Shown here: positions 10,356 to 18,241 of the stretch, piece by piece
Layout of the letters: each line of letters begins with the position of its first letter
How positions within the stretch are numbered: position 1 is the stretch's first letter
NCBI GenBank assembly: GCA_965602015.1
Contig: OZ271918.1
Coordinates: 1,472,001 to 1,536,000, forward strand
Length of the DNA stretch: 64,000 bases
Direction of reading: 5' to 3'
Source: Salinispira sp.
GTDB lineage: Bacteria > Spirochaetota > Spirochaetia > DSM-27196 > Salinispiraceae
Notes under the pieces: model-generated
What the model was told of the DNA's origin: nothing
Database searches by the model: none
What the model saw: only the letters and a program-made list of their open reading frames with translations
Program-made: the position numbers and the translations under genes

Positions 10356-10384
10356 TTGCCGGTATTACACATTTGCGGTATGTT
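10356..10384 (+). promoter_or_regulatory. putative ssrA promoter
   Basis: TTGCCG-17 bp-TATGTT, ending 12 nt upstream of the mature tmRNA 5' end. Confidence 0.55.
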
Positions 10385-10396
10385 TTTCTCCCCAAC

Positions 10397-10741
10397 GGGG
10401 GTGTTCCGGATTCGACTGGGGAGGATTCAGGGATACGTTGCAGGTGGAGCGCCATCTCCTGATTGGCACCCTTTATAACTGCAGACAACGCAGATTATGC
10501 AATGGCAGCCTAATAGTGCTACCACGGACCACCGGGATGCGGCTCTGAAGCCCGGGACGTCTGAAAGAAACCAGAGCTTGCTGTTCGCCGGGCTCTAACG
10601 GCGAACGGGACTTCAGCAGAGATCGGCACGATGCAAGGCCGCTGATTCGCTTAGCGTCGGCCTAAACAAGAAGAATCGGCTAAACCTGTAGACGCGTATT
10701 TCTTACCCTTCAGGACGGGGGTTCAAATCCCCCCACCTCCA
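10397..10741 (+). ncRNA. ssrA: tmRNA; tag ORF 10481-10513 = ADNADYAMAA*
   Basis: 5' GGGGGTG..GGATTCGAC. 3' GGGGGTTCAAATCCCCC CACCTCC A, giving an acceptor stem with a G3-U pair. Resume context TATAACT-GCA and tag ending AA-stop. CCA not encoded. Lies near smpB. Confidence 0.97.
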
Positions 10742-10744
10742 ATT

Positions 10745-10781
10745 AAGCTCAATAACCCGCAAGGGTTGTTGAGCTTTTTTT
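10745..10781 (+). terminator. intrinsic terminator after ssrA
   Basis: AAGCTCAATAACCC-GCAA-GGGTTGTTGAGCTT followed by a T run. Confidence 0.9.
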
Positions 10782-10784
10782 ATT

Positions 10785-10970
10785 GAAGGGGATTTGAAAC
10801 GGAAATCGTGCGTACCGAAGCCATGGGGGGATAGCGAGGAACGCACGAACAGCTTCGGCGCGAACACGTGGAGCGCACATTGCCAAGGATGGCAATGTAG
10901 AAGCCGAAGCGGCTCGGAGGGAGGAGACAGGATGTCGACGACCGGAGGGAGGATACCCCATGTCCACCAC
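10785..10970 (+). other. GGA-rich structured non-coding element (candidate sRNA or tDNA-linked repeat)
   Basis: 13 GGA triplets between 10790 and 10953. Hairpins ACATTGCCA-AGGA-TGGCAATGT and GACA-GGA-TGTC, plus further inverted repeats. Confidence 0.45.
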
Positions 10971-11047
10971 CGTCAGACAAAAATCAAACTCCGGCCTTTA
11001 AATTCCGCAGGAAAAACCGAAAATATACAGGAACCAGGAGGAACTGT

Positions 11048-11503
11048 ATGCTTGCTGCGGGCGTTGTTCTACTCTTTATTGCGAGTCTGATTCTTTCACT
11101 CTACACAATATACCTGCGGTACATCGTATTGTGTTTTCAGGGGGAGATAAGCGTTCTCTTTGATCGCCTATACCTTTTAGGACGAAGAAATCCGGAAGAC
11201 GCCGCCGCCATTAAAAATATATCTGGGTTGCTTCATGAATTGTTCCAGGGGAAATTCATTGAGGGCGACCTAGTGTTTTTCCAAATCTCCTTGACTGAAT
11301 CTCTGCACAATATTAACGAAGACCTGATGCAGGAAATCACGACAATGATCATCGACTACGAAAGAATACATCTTAACTATGCCCTGAGACGCTCGCCATT
11401 TTCCGCCCTCACCGGCCTGAGAATTCTCGTTAAGGGGGCTCATAGGGATTGGCTCGGTATGCTTTTGCACATGCCTAAACTACGGGGAATACGGCCCGCG
11501 TGA
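11048..11503 (+). CDS. hypothetical protein with N-terminal TM
   Basis: AGGAGG RBS, 151 aa, hydrophobic N-terminus, no recognised motif. Confidence 0.6.
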   Translation: MLAAGVVLLFIASLILSLYTIYLRYIVLCFQGEISVLFDRLYLLGRRNPEDAAAIKNISGLLHELFQGKFIEGDLVFFQISLTESLHNINEDLMQEITTMIIDYERIHLNYALRRSPFSALTGLRILVKGAHRDWLGMLLHMPKLRGIRPA

Positions 11504-11515
11504 ATTAGAGCGCCT

Positions 11516-12382
11516 TCATATGTGAAGGCGTTTTTTTATGCTGTGCCGAAGTTTTTGATTGTGCCCGAGGTAGAAAAGGAATGCTGCGGGAAACGCAGAG
11601 CCGAGCAATACGAATATTGACCAGCTGATGCCCGTACCGATAACTCTCGTGTAATTATTGATGATAACTTCTATACCCACATTGTATACCCCGGTTGCAA
11701 TCATAATAATGGGGATAATGATATAGGGATTCCGCCGGAGATAGCTTCCTGCGAACAAGATCACCGCCAGATAGACTGTGCTCAACAGCGAAATCGGAAG
11801 CCCCAAGGGCACAAACCAACGGCCTTCGGCGTAAAATCTTTCAATAAGAAATAGCGATACGGCAATCAAAAAGCCATCGGCCAAAGCGGCGGGTATTCCC
11901 CTACCCACCCTTATGGTAAATGGTATTTGCAGGATGCTCATGCTGATTATTACCGCAGTTGCGGCGACGATACTCCATGCATGCCAGCCCAGGAAAAAAT
12001 CCAATGCCAGAAGGAAAGCTGCAAGGGCAATCGCCATGATGCTCAATGCATAAAACGGTCTTCTTTTTAGTAAAATCATGGGAAATGCACTGAGCATCCA
12101 GAACAAGGCGAGAGAGATAAGCACGATGAGAGACCATGTCATTCCCCGACTGACGGCGAGATCGACAGTAATACTTACAATAGCGGAAACAGCTACCAGG
12201 ACACTTATGAGAAAAACCAGACTGCTATTTACTTTCGGCGGGGGAGGATTCTGTTTTTCCTTCGGAAAGGGATCTTCTTCAGGATTCGCTGCATATCCCG
12301 GAATCATAACCTGCGTACCACAGAGGGGACAGGCCGGTTCAGATTCCCTGAGTTTTACCCCGCATTGAACACAATAGGGCAT
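11516..12382 (-). CDS. zinc-ribbon multi-pass membrane protein (DUF6320-like)
   Basis: MPYCVQCGV...CPLCGT, Pro-rich linker, about 8 hydrophobic segments, basic C-terminus KKRLHI. Confidence 0.75.
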   Translation of the reverse strand: MPYCVQCGVKLRESEPACPLCGTQVMIPGYAANPEEDPFPKEKQNPPPPKVNSSLVFLISVLVAVSAIVSITVDLAVSRGMTWSLIVLISLALFWMLSAFPMILLKRRPFYALSIMAIALAAFLLALDFFLGWHAWSIVAATAVIISMSILQIPFTIRVGRGIPAALADGFLIAVSLFLIERFYAEGRWFVPLGLPISLLSTVYLAVILFAGSYLRRNPYIIIPIIMIATGVYNVGIEVIINNYTRVIGTGISWSIFVLLGSAFPAAFLFYLGHNQKLRHSIKKRLHI

Positions 12383-12383
12383 A

Positions 12384-13667
12384 TTACCTCCAGTTACTGT
12401 TTACGCACACTGGTATTCCCCTGCGAACCAACTCACGAAAAAACTCGCGCTCTATGGGCGCGTCAATAGTGGTGCGTACGAAATTACAGCGCAGCTCATC
12501 TCTATAGCCGAGTACGGACAGACTTGAACCCACTTTCCTGTTCGGACCTAATTGAAAATCCAGACTCTCCACATGGGCATCCAAATCCTCCGGAAGCTCA
12601 ATGCGGCCGAGGTTAGAAAACACGCCGGAAAAAAGCTTCTCAGCCACCGCATGACTGACCAGGCGGATGGCAATGTTCTTGATAAACAGCGGCATAATCC
12701 GAAGCAGCGTGCTCGTCATTGCGTTGACATTTGGACTGAACTCCCGAAGCATGCAGCGCGGAGTCACCGCAAGAGCCATTTGATGATTGACAAGATGCAC
12801 TATCTCGTCAAACGCATAGTCCTCTTCAGGATCGGGATGCAGGACAGGTTTTACCACGTGGGCGAAATTCCTGAGGGTCTTGCTGGGAAACATAGACCTG
12901 AGGTTCACCGGAATGCAGACTCTGATTGGACGGCGTACCATGCCGTCCCGTTTCCTGAGGGTCTGCAGCGATAACATGTAAATAGCGGTGAGGAAGCCGG
13001 TAATCGTCGTGTTCGCCGTTTTTACCTTGGGAATTATGTCGTCATTTTTTATGCGAGCCTGTATGTGATGGACCACCCCGGGGCTGTCCACCGGAATGCG
13101 CAGCTGGTAGGCTGCCGCTTCAGCTTTGGCTCTTGAAATTCCCTTGCGGTGGTGACGCAGAAATGCATCTTCCAATTCTTCCTGCTCCGGCGCTGCTTCG
13201 GGGTTGAGGATCATCTCGCTATAGCCAATGGCAACACCGCATTGCCGGAGGTACTCCGATGCCAGCGTCAGCAGAAATACCATGCCCCCGTTACCGTCGG
13301 TTAATGCGTGAAAAAATTCGACGGCAATCCTTTTCTTAAAGTAGCGGATGCGCAGCAGGTGCCCCTTGCTTTTGCGGTAGTCCAATCGCAGGCAGGGATT
13401 GCGCACATCAGGAGCAACATCAAGGCGCCGTCGATTGGAATCGAGAATGTGCCAAAATGCACCTTTGACTAATTGAACTGAAAAGGTGGGAAATCTGGGC
13501 AGAATGCGGTCCACTGCCATTTGCAGCATCTTCGGATCGATAGTGCGGTCGAGGGTAATGGCAAGACGGAAAACTCCGGTCCGGTTGTCGCTCTCAATTG
13601 ATGGAAAAAGCATGGCCGCATTGTCTAAGGGAAACCAGGCAAAGGGCTGAGTAGCTGCCGTATGCAT
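12384..13667 (-). CDS. alcohol acetyltransferase / condensation-fold CoA-dependent acyltransferase
   Basis: WFPLDNAA, FFHALTDGNGG (HxxxDG), IPVNLRSMFPSKTLRNF, FSNLG. Confidence 0.8.
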   Translation of the reverse strand: MHTAATQPFAWFPLDNAAMLFPSIESDNRTGVFRLAITLDRTIDPKMLQMAVDRILPRFPTFSVQLVKGAFWHILDSNRRRLDVAPDVRNPCLRLDYRKSKGHLLRIRYFKKRIAVEFFHALTDGNGGMVFLLTLASEYLRQCGVAIGYSEMILNPEAAPEQEELEDAFLRHHRKGISRAKAEAAAYQLRIPVDSPGVVHHIQARIKNDDIIPKVKTANTTITGFLTAIYMLSLQTLRKRDGMVRRPIRVCIPVNLRSMFPSKTLRNFAHVVKPVLHPDPEEDYAFDEIVHLVNHQMALAVTPRCMLREFSPNVNAMTSTLLRIMPLFIKNIAIRLVSHAVAEKLFSGVFSNLGRIELPEDLDAHVESLDFQLGPNRKVGSSLSVLGYRDELRCNFVRTTIDAPIEREFFRELVRRGIPVCVNSNWR

Positions 13668-13758
13668 GGTGCATTGTATCACGGCAGTGATGAACTGAGG
13701 GAAGGGATTTTACCCGTCTGAATTATAGCCGCCTTTCCACGGCAATGAGATTGGGATG

Positions 13759-13787
13759 TTGTGAGAAACGAAACTGAAGGCTACTAT
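13759..13787 (+). promoter_or_regulatory. putative promoter, leaderless geometry
   Basis: TTGTGA-17 bp-TACTAT, then 7 nt to ATG 13795. Confidence 0.5.
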
Positions 13788-13794
13788 GACTGCC

Positions 13795-14103
13795 ATGGAT
13801 GTGAACAACCTGGAAATGGTTCAAGGAATTTCTCGATTTTATGAAATGCTCTGGATTCTACGGAGCGGAGATGGCTCAATCCACAAGGTCTACGACCGCG
13901 ATGGCAATGAGCTTCCTCCTCAAGCGCTTCATCGGTCATTTATCACGGTCGCGTGTCCGGGAGGCTTTACGTATAAGGGGGAGTTTATTGAAATGGAGGA
14001 CGAAAATGAAGCATTCAAACGAAGAGCCCTCCATCTGCAAAGACGCAAGCGGGAGCATCCTCCTGAATCTTATCTGGATATGAAAAAAAAGGCTGCAGAA
14101 TAA
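13795..14103 (+). CDS. small soluble hypothetical protein
   Basis: About 102 aa ORF between a promoter-like element and a hairpin; no recognised motif. Confidence 0.65.
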   Translation: MDVNNLEMVQGISRFYEMLWILRSGDGSIHKVYDRDGNELPPQALHRSFITVACPGGFTYKGEFIEMEDENEAFKRRALHLQRRKREHPPESYLDMKKKAAE

Positions 14104-14112
14104 TCTGCAGCC
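14083..14112 (-). terminator. terminator of NCS2 permease gene (between convergent genes)
   Basis: GGCTGCAGA-ATAA-TCTGCAGCC preceded by A8 on the + strand. Confidence 0.75.
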
Positions 14113-14141
14113 CATCCGTGCAACTTCAACTGGTTTGATAA

Positions 14142-15428
14142 TCAGATAAAAAACTTAAGCAGCATAACCGCAGCCACGAAATATGTGGCGACCGGAATAT
14201 CCTTGAACCGTCCCGAAAGGATTTTCAGAACGACGAATGAAATAATACCGAAAACGATTCCTTCCGCGATGCTGTATGCCAGAACCATCATGATAATAGT
14301 CAGGAATGCGGGCAACGCCTCGGTGATGTCGCTGAAATCAATTTCCTTGACGGGACTCATCATGAATACACCGACGAGTATAAGCGCCGGAGCTGTGGCC
14401 GCACCGGGGACAAGGAGAAACAGCGGGCTGAGAAAGAGCGCCAGGAGAAAAAACAGCGCGGTGGTCAGAGCCGTAAGTCCGGTTCTTCCGCCTTCTTCAA
14501 TACCGGATGCCGATTCGACATAAGTGGTCACCGTAGAGGTGCCAAAAATCGCTCCCACGGTGGTTCCGATTGCATCGGCAAAAAGGGCTTCCTTCGCGCG
14601 AGGTATCTTCCCGTCCTCCAGCATGTTCGCCTTTGTGGACACCCCGATAAGGGTTCCGACGGTGTCAAACATATCGACAAAGAGAAATGTGAAAAGAACG
14701 ATGAGCATTTCGACGGTAAAAATTGAAGACCATTCAAACTTAAAGAAGATCGGTTCGAGGGACGGCGGAGCCTGAAAAAGACGGAATCCCTCAATATTGG
14801 TAACACCAAAGGGAATCCCGAGCAGGGTTGTTGCAAGAATACCCCAAAGCAGAGCGCCTCTTACCTTGTATGCAAGCAGGGCGCCGGTGATTACCAAACC
14901 AAAAACCGCGAGCAGTACACCGGGAGACGAAAAGTCTCCGAGACCTACCAGTACCGCAGGATTATCGGCGATTATTCCGGCATTTTGAAAACCTATAAAC
15001 GCGATGAATAATCCGATTCCGACGGAAATGGCCCGTTTAATATTCGATGGAATCAGGTTGATAATGGCTTCGCGAATATTAAATGCCGTGAGGATGAGGA
15101 AAATAATTCCCTCGAGAAAGACCGCGGTCAGGGCGAACTGCCATGATTTTCCCATTCCGAGTACGACGGTAAATGCGAAAAATGCGTTCAACCCCATCCC
15201 CGGCGCCAGGGCGAAGGGAAGCCGTGCCCACAGTGCCATCACCAGGGTGGCTACCATTGCGGAAAGCGCTGTGGCGGTAAACAGCGCGGGAGCCGGCATT
15301 CCGGTGGCGGCAAGAGTCGCGGGATTTACCGCGAGGATGTACGCCATGGTCAGGAATGTGGTAATTCCCGCCAGCACCTCGGTCCGAACAGTTGTGTTGT
15401 TCTCCTTGAGCTTAAAAAACGAGTCCAT
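14142..15428 (-). CDS. NCS2 family AzgA/PbuG-type purine permease
   Basis: TVRTEVLAGITTFLTMAYILAVNP, APGMGLNAFF, DMFDTVGTL, YVESASGIEEGGRTGLT. Confidence 0.93.
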   Translation of the reverse strand: MDSFFKLKENNTTVRTEVLAGITTFLTMAYILAVNPATLAATGMPAPALFTATALSAMVATLVMALWARLPFALAPGMGLNAFFAFTVVLGMGKSWQFALTAVFLEGIIFLILTAFNIREAIINLIPSNIKRAISVGIGLFIAFIGFQNAGIIADNPAVLVGLGDFSSPGVLLAVFGLVITGALLAYKVRGALLWGILATTLLGIPFGVTNIEGFRLFQAPPSLEPIFFKFEWSSIFTVEMLIVLFTFLFVDMFDTVGTLIGVSTKANMLEDGKIPRAKEALFADAIGTTVGAIFGTSTVTTYVESASGIEEGGRTGLTALTTALFFLLALFLSPLFLLVPGAATAPALILVGVFMMSPVKEIDFSDITEALPAFLTIIMMVLAYSIAEGIVFGIISFVVLKILSGRFKDIPVATYFVAAVMLLKFFI

Positions 15429-15555
15429 GATTCACTCCGTGTTGGTATTTCCCGCCATAAAGCAGATGCTCCGGTACCGGCGGGTTTATTCAGTGTATCC
15501 TGTGATTCAAAGTTCTGGCAAGCAATGGCCGAATGAAATTCAGCTATTTCCTTCG

Positions 15556-17277
15556 TTATGATTTGACGGGTGGAACATCCCCGTCGTCCGATGGCACCCC
15601 GCCGAAGCGCAGGAGGAGAAGCCGTATCTCTTCCCCCTGGGCGTTTCGCCTTGAGAAATCCCAGGGAGTATCACCGTTTCGGTTTGCCGCATTGGGGTCG
15701 GATCCCAGAGAAAGCAGCATGCGTACTATTTCCGCCGAACCGCTGTTGGCCGCATAATGAAGCGGGGTGTTGCCCGAGCGGTCGGTGCCTGAAACCCGGG
15801 CTCCTGACCTGACAAGGGATTCGACAATTTGAGCATCGTCAAGCTCCGAGGCGAGAAACACTAGGTCCTGCAGGCGTTGTTCATCGGAATTGCCGACCCC
15901 CCTCAGCAATAACTCGGACAGTTGGGACTCCTGGTCAAGTATGGCCTGTTCGAGGAATCGTTTGCCCCCCGGGTTCACAGTCCAGGGACCGATACCCTGG
16001 GAGAACAGAAGAACTGCTACATCGGTATTGCCTCCGTCAGCCACGACGGCAAAAATATCGTAATGAAGCTGCTGATTATCTGATAACGGTGCTCGCATCC
16101 CCTCCAAAACCGAGACCTGAAAGCTCAACCCGTTTCGATCGTCGGCGAGGGCTTCCAGGGCGAAGGTAAGCGGTGTATAGCCCCTTCGGTCGGTACTGCG
16201 GACAGTTACGCCGGATTCCATGAGCAGGGTGAAAGCGCCGGGCTGGGAGGCTGAGGCAGCATAAAAAATCGGCGTTCTGCCTTGATTGTCGGTCTGATTA
16301 ACCTCAAGCCCCTGGCGGACCAACTCGGCCGCCACGTCCCTGTTTCCCCGCTCCGCTGCAATGTGAAGCAGGTTCCTACCACTGCCTGCGGAGATGAAGG
16401 GATCGGCTCCCGATCGAATCAGGAGCCGGACAAGGGAAACATCGAGGGAGGAAACCGCCTGGAAAATGGGGAGCCTTCCGCCTTCGCCGGAGGAATTCGG
16501 ATCAGCTCCGGATGCGAGAAGAATACTGAGTACTTCCAAAGCGCGTGACTGGGGTATATCCGGATCCAATGCCAGAAAAAGCGCCTGGTTTCCCCTGCTG
16601 TCAGGAGCGGAGATAAGTCTTTCACCGCCGCGCGATAGATATAACTGTGCCAACCTGGGTGAACCGGATTCTGCCGCCAGATGAAGAACCGTCCGGCGGG
16701 TCTGGGAGTCAGTGGCCAGAACATCGCTTCCCAGGTCAACTAATAATCCGGCGATGTCGAAGTACCGGTCATCACTAATGTAAAAAAGCGCCGTGCGTTC
16801 CCGGGTATCCTTGTGCCTGGGATCGGCGCCCCGGCCAAGGAGAGCTTCGACCAGCTGCAGGCTACCCCCCCGGACTGCGTAGAAAAGCGCGTTTTGACCG
16901 GCAGCATCGAGGGAGTCAACAGGTGCGCCTCTTGAGATCAGCTCGAGAGCACAGTCTGTCTCGGGGATTTCGACCGCCCGTTGGAGAGGAGTTGCGCCGT
17001 TTGAATCCCGAATATCGATATCCGCTCCGAAATCAAGGAGCATTGCCATGCTCGAAAGCTGACCGAACTCCACCGCTTCATGCAACAGGCTTTGTCCGTT
17101 GTTCTGGACAGCGTTGGGATCTCCGCCGCCGGTAAGGTAGTCTGCTAACTCCTGCAGGTCTCCCTGCCTGATGGCCCGGACCTCAGCAGTTGCACAGGAG
17201 CCTAGCATGAGAGATACAGCCAGCGCTGCCGCGGCGGCGATAATACCTGATTTGCTTTTTTTGTCTCGGGTAATCAC
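15556..17277 (-). CDS. ankyrin-repeat lipoprotein
   Basis: Signal peptide with LGSC lipobox; more than 10 G.T(P/A)L(H/F).A...GADP ankyrin units. Confidence 0.9.
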   Translation of the reverse strand: MITRDKKSKSGIIAAAAALAVSLMLGSCATAEVRAIRQGDLQELADYLTGGGDPNAVQNNGQSLLHEAVEFGQLSSMAMLLDFGADIDIRDSNGATPLQRAVEIPETDCALELISRGAPVDSLDAAGQNALFYAVRGGSLQLVEALLGRGADPRHKDTRERTALFYISDDRYFDIAGLLVDLGSDVLATDSQTRRTVLHLAAESGSPRLAQLYLSRGGERLISAPDSRGNQALFLALDPDIPQSRALEVLSILLASGADPNSSGEGGRLPIFQAVSSLDVSLVRLLIRSGADPFISAGSGRNLLHIAAERGNRDVAAELVRQGLEVNQTDNQGRTPIFYAASASQPGAFTLLMESGVTVRSTDRRGYTPLTFALEALADDRNGLSFQVSVLEGMRAPLSDNQQLHYDIFAVVADGGNTDVAVLLFSQGIGPWTVNPGGKRFLEQAILDQESQLSELLLRGVGNSDEQRLQDLVFLASELDDAQIVESLVRSGARVSGTDRSGNTPLHYAANSGSAEIVRMLLSLGSDPNAANRNGDTPWDFSRRNAQGEEIRLLLLRFGGVPSDDGDVPPVKS

Positions 17278-17720
17278 TGAAATTTCTCCTCGTAGGCTCG
17301 GATTGCATTCCTCCAGCTGTCGGGAATGCGCTTCGATTTGCCCTCTGCATAGTCAAAATGAACAAGCGCGGTGTTTGCTCTGGCGGCAAGTTCTTGGCCG
17401 CCGCCGGGAGGACAGCGGAGCACTATTTACTCAATGGTGAAGCTTCGTCCCCCCAGGCGGGTCACCCGGCTATAAACCTGCACACTGTCCTGAAGGAAAA
17501 TCGGCGCGCGGAACTCAAGGTGAAGGTCCGCGAGTACGATGTTTAGCGAGTTCAGGCTGCCATCCCAGGAAAGCACTTCACGGGCATAGGCCATTCGTGC
17601 CTGCTCGAGATAGCTTGCATACCGGGCATTGTTGACATGACCGACCGCATCGATATCACCGAAGCGGACAGTCACTTCGCTTTTATGCCGATACGGCTGT
17701 AATTCTTCCTCTAAACTCAA
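17274..17720 (-). pseudogene. hotdog-fold acyl-CoA thioesterase (4HBT/YbgC-like) with in-frame TAA at 17427-17429
   Basis: VRFGDIDAVGHVNNARYASYLEQAR. After SFTIE* the same frame continues IVLRCPPGGGQELAARANTALVHFDYAEGKSKRIPDSWRNAIRAYEEKFQ* to 17274. CAGGAGG RBS. Confidence 0.8.
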
Positions 17721-17741
17721 AACTGCCTCCTGATATTCGCG

Positions 17742-17789
17742 TTGACCTTCAGAGCTTTATTAAACACATTACAGTATACACACTGTCAA
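17742..17789. promoter_or_regulatory. overlapping opposite-strand promoters with a dyad operator candidate
   Basis: Minus strand TTGACA-19-TTTAAT; plus strand TTGACC-17-CACATT; dyad ACAGT-N6-ACTGT at 17771-17786. Confidence 0.45.
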
Positions 17790-17811
17790 AACCCCCGAGG
17801 AGTTACATGAC

Positions 17812-18222
17812 ATGTTCAGCACATACATAAAAAACCGCCGCATCGTTATTGCTGCCCTGACCGTTCTCGTCATGATGGCCTCCTGTGCCGGAGAACCCGA
17901 AGGATACTTCGGTGAAATTCAGGACTGGAGAGACCTCAACACCCTGTTGGAGGCGAATGAAAATATTGTCCTCATCGATGTCCGCACCCAAGCAGAGTAT
18001 GAAGCAGGCCATATTCCCGGAGCGATTCTTGTACCCCATGATGAAATTCTCGCCTCTGGTCTGGAAATCGGCAGCGACCGTCCGATCATTTTGTACTGCC
18101 GAAGCGGGAACCGCTCAGGTCAGGCCTTTAGAGAGCTTGAGAACCGGGGATACACCCTCATATACGACTTCGGCGGCATAAACCGTTGGCAGGGAGATTT
18201 AAACTACGGCTCCGAACCGTAA
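17812..18222 (+). CDS. rhodanese-domain lipoprotein
   Basis: MASC lipobox, LIDVRTQAEYEAGHIPGA, active-site loop CRSGNRS, GGINRW. Confidence 0.9.
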   Translation: MFSTYIKNRRIVIAALTVLVMMASCAGEPEGYFGEIQDWRDLNTLLEANENIVLIDVRTQAEYEAGHIPGAILVPHDEILASGLEIGSDRPIILYCRSGNRSGQAFRELENRGYTLIYDFGGINRWQGDLNYGSEP

Positions 18223-18241
18223 GGGACGCGGTTTTGGCCGC

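Noticed and set aside
10749..11090. Short ORFs overlapping the post-tmRNA element
   Set aside because: No convincing RBS or motifs; they overlap the terminator and structured repeats.
15429..15555. Purine riboswitch before the NCS2 permease
   Set aside because: Only a CCCGCC/GGCGGG stem is present; the aptamer hallmarks (ATAAT, ATATGG, GTTTCTACC, CCGTAAA) are absent.
17427..17429. Programmed recoding (Sec/Pyl or alternative code) of the thioesterase stop
   Set aside because: The codon is TAA, which is not a Sec or Pyl codon and serves as a normal stop for many genes here.
10742..18240. Active tmRNA-integrated island or prophage
   Set aside because: No integrase, transposase or phage gene, and no exact duplicate of the ssrA 3' end was seen; GAAGGGATTTT near 13701 is too weak.
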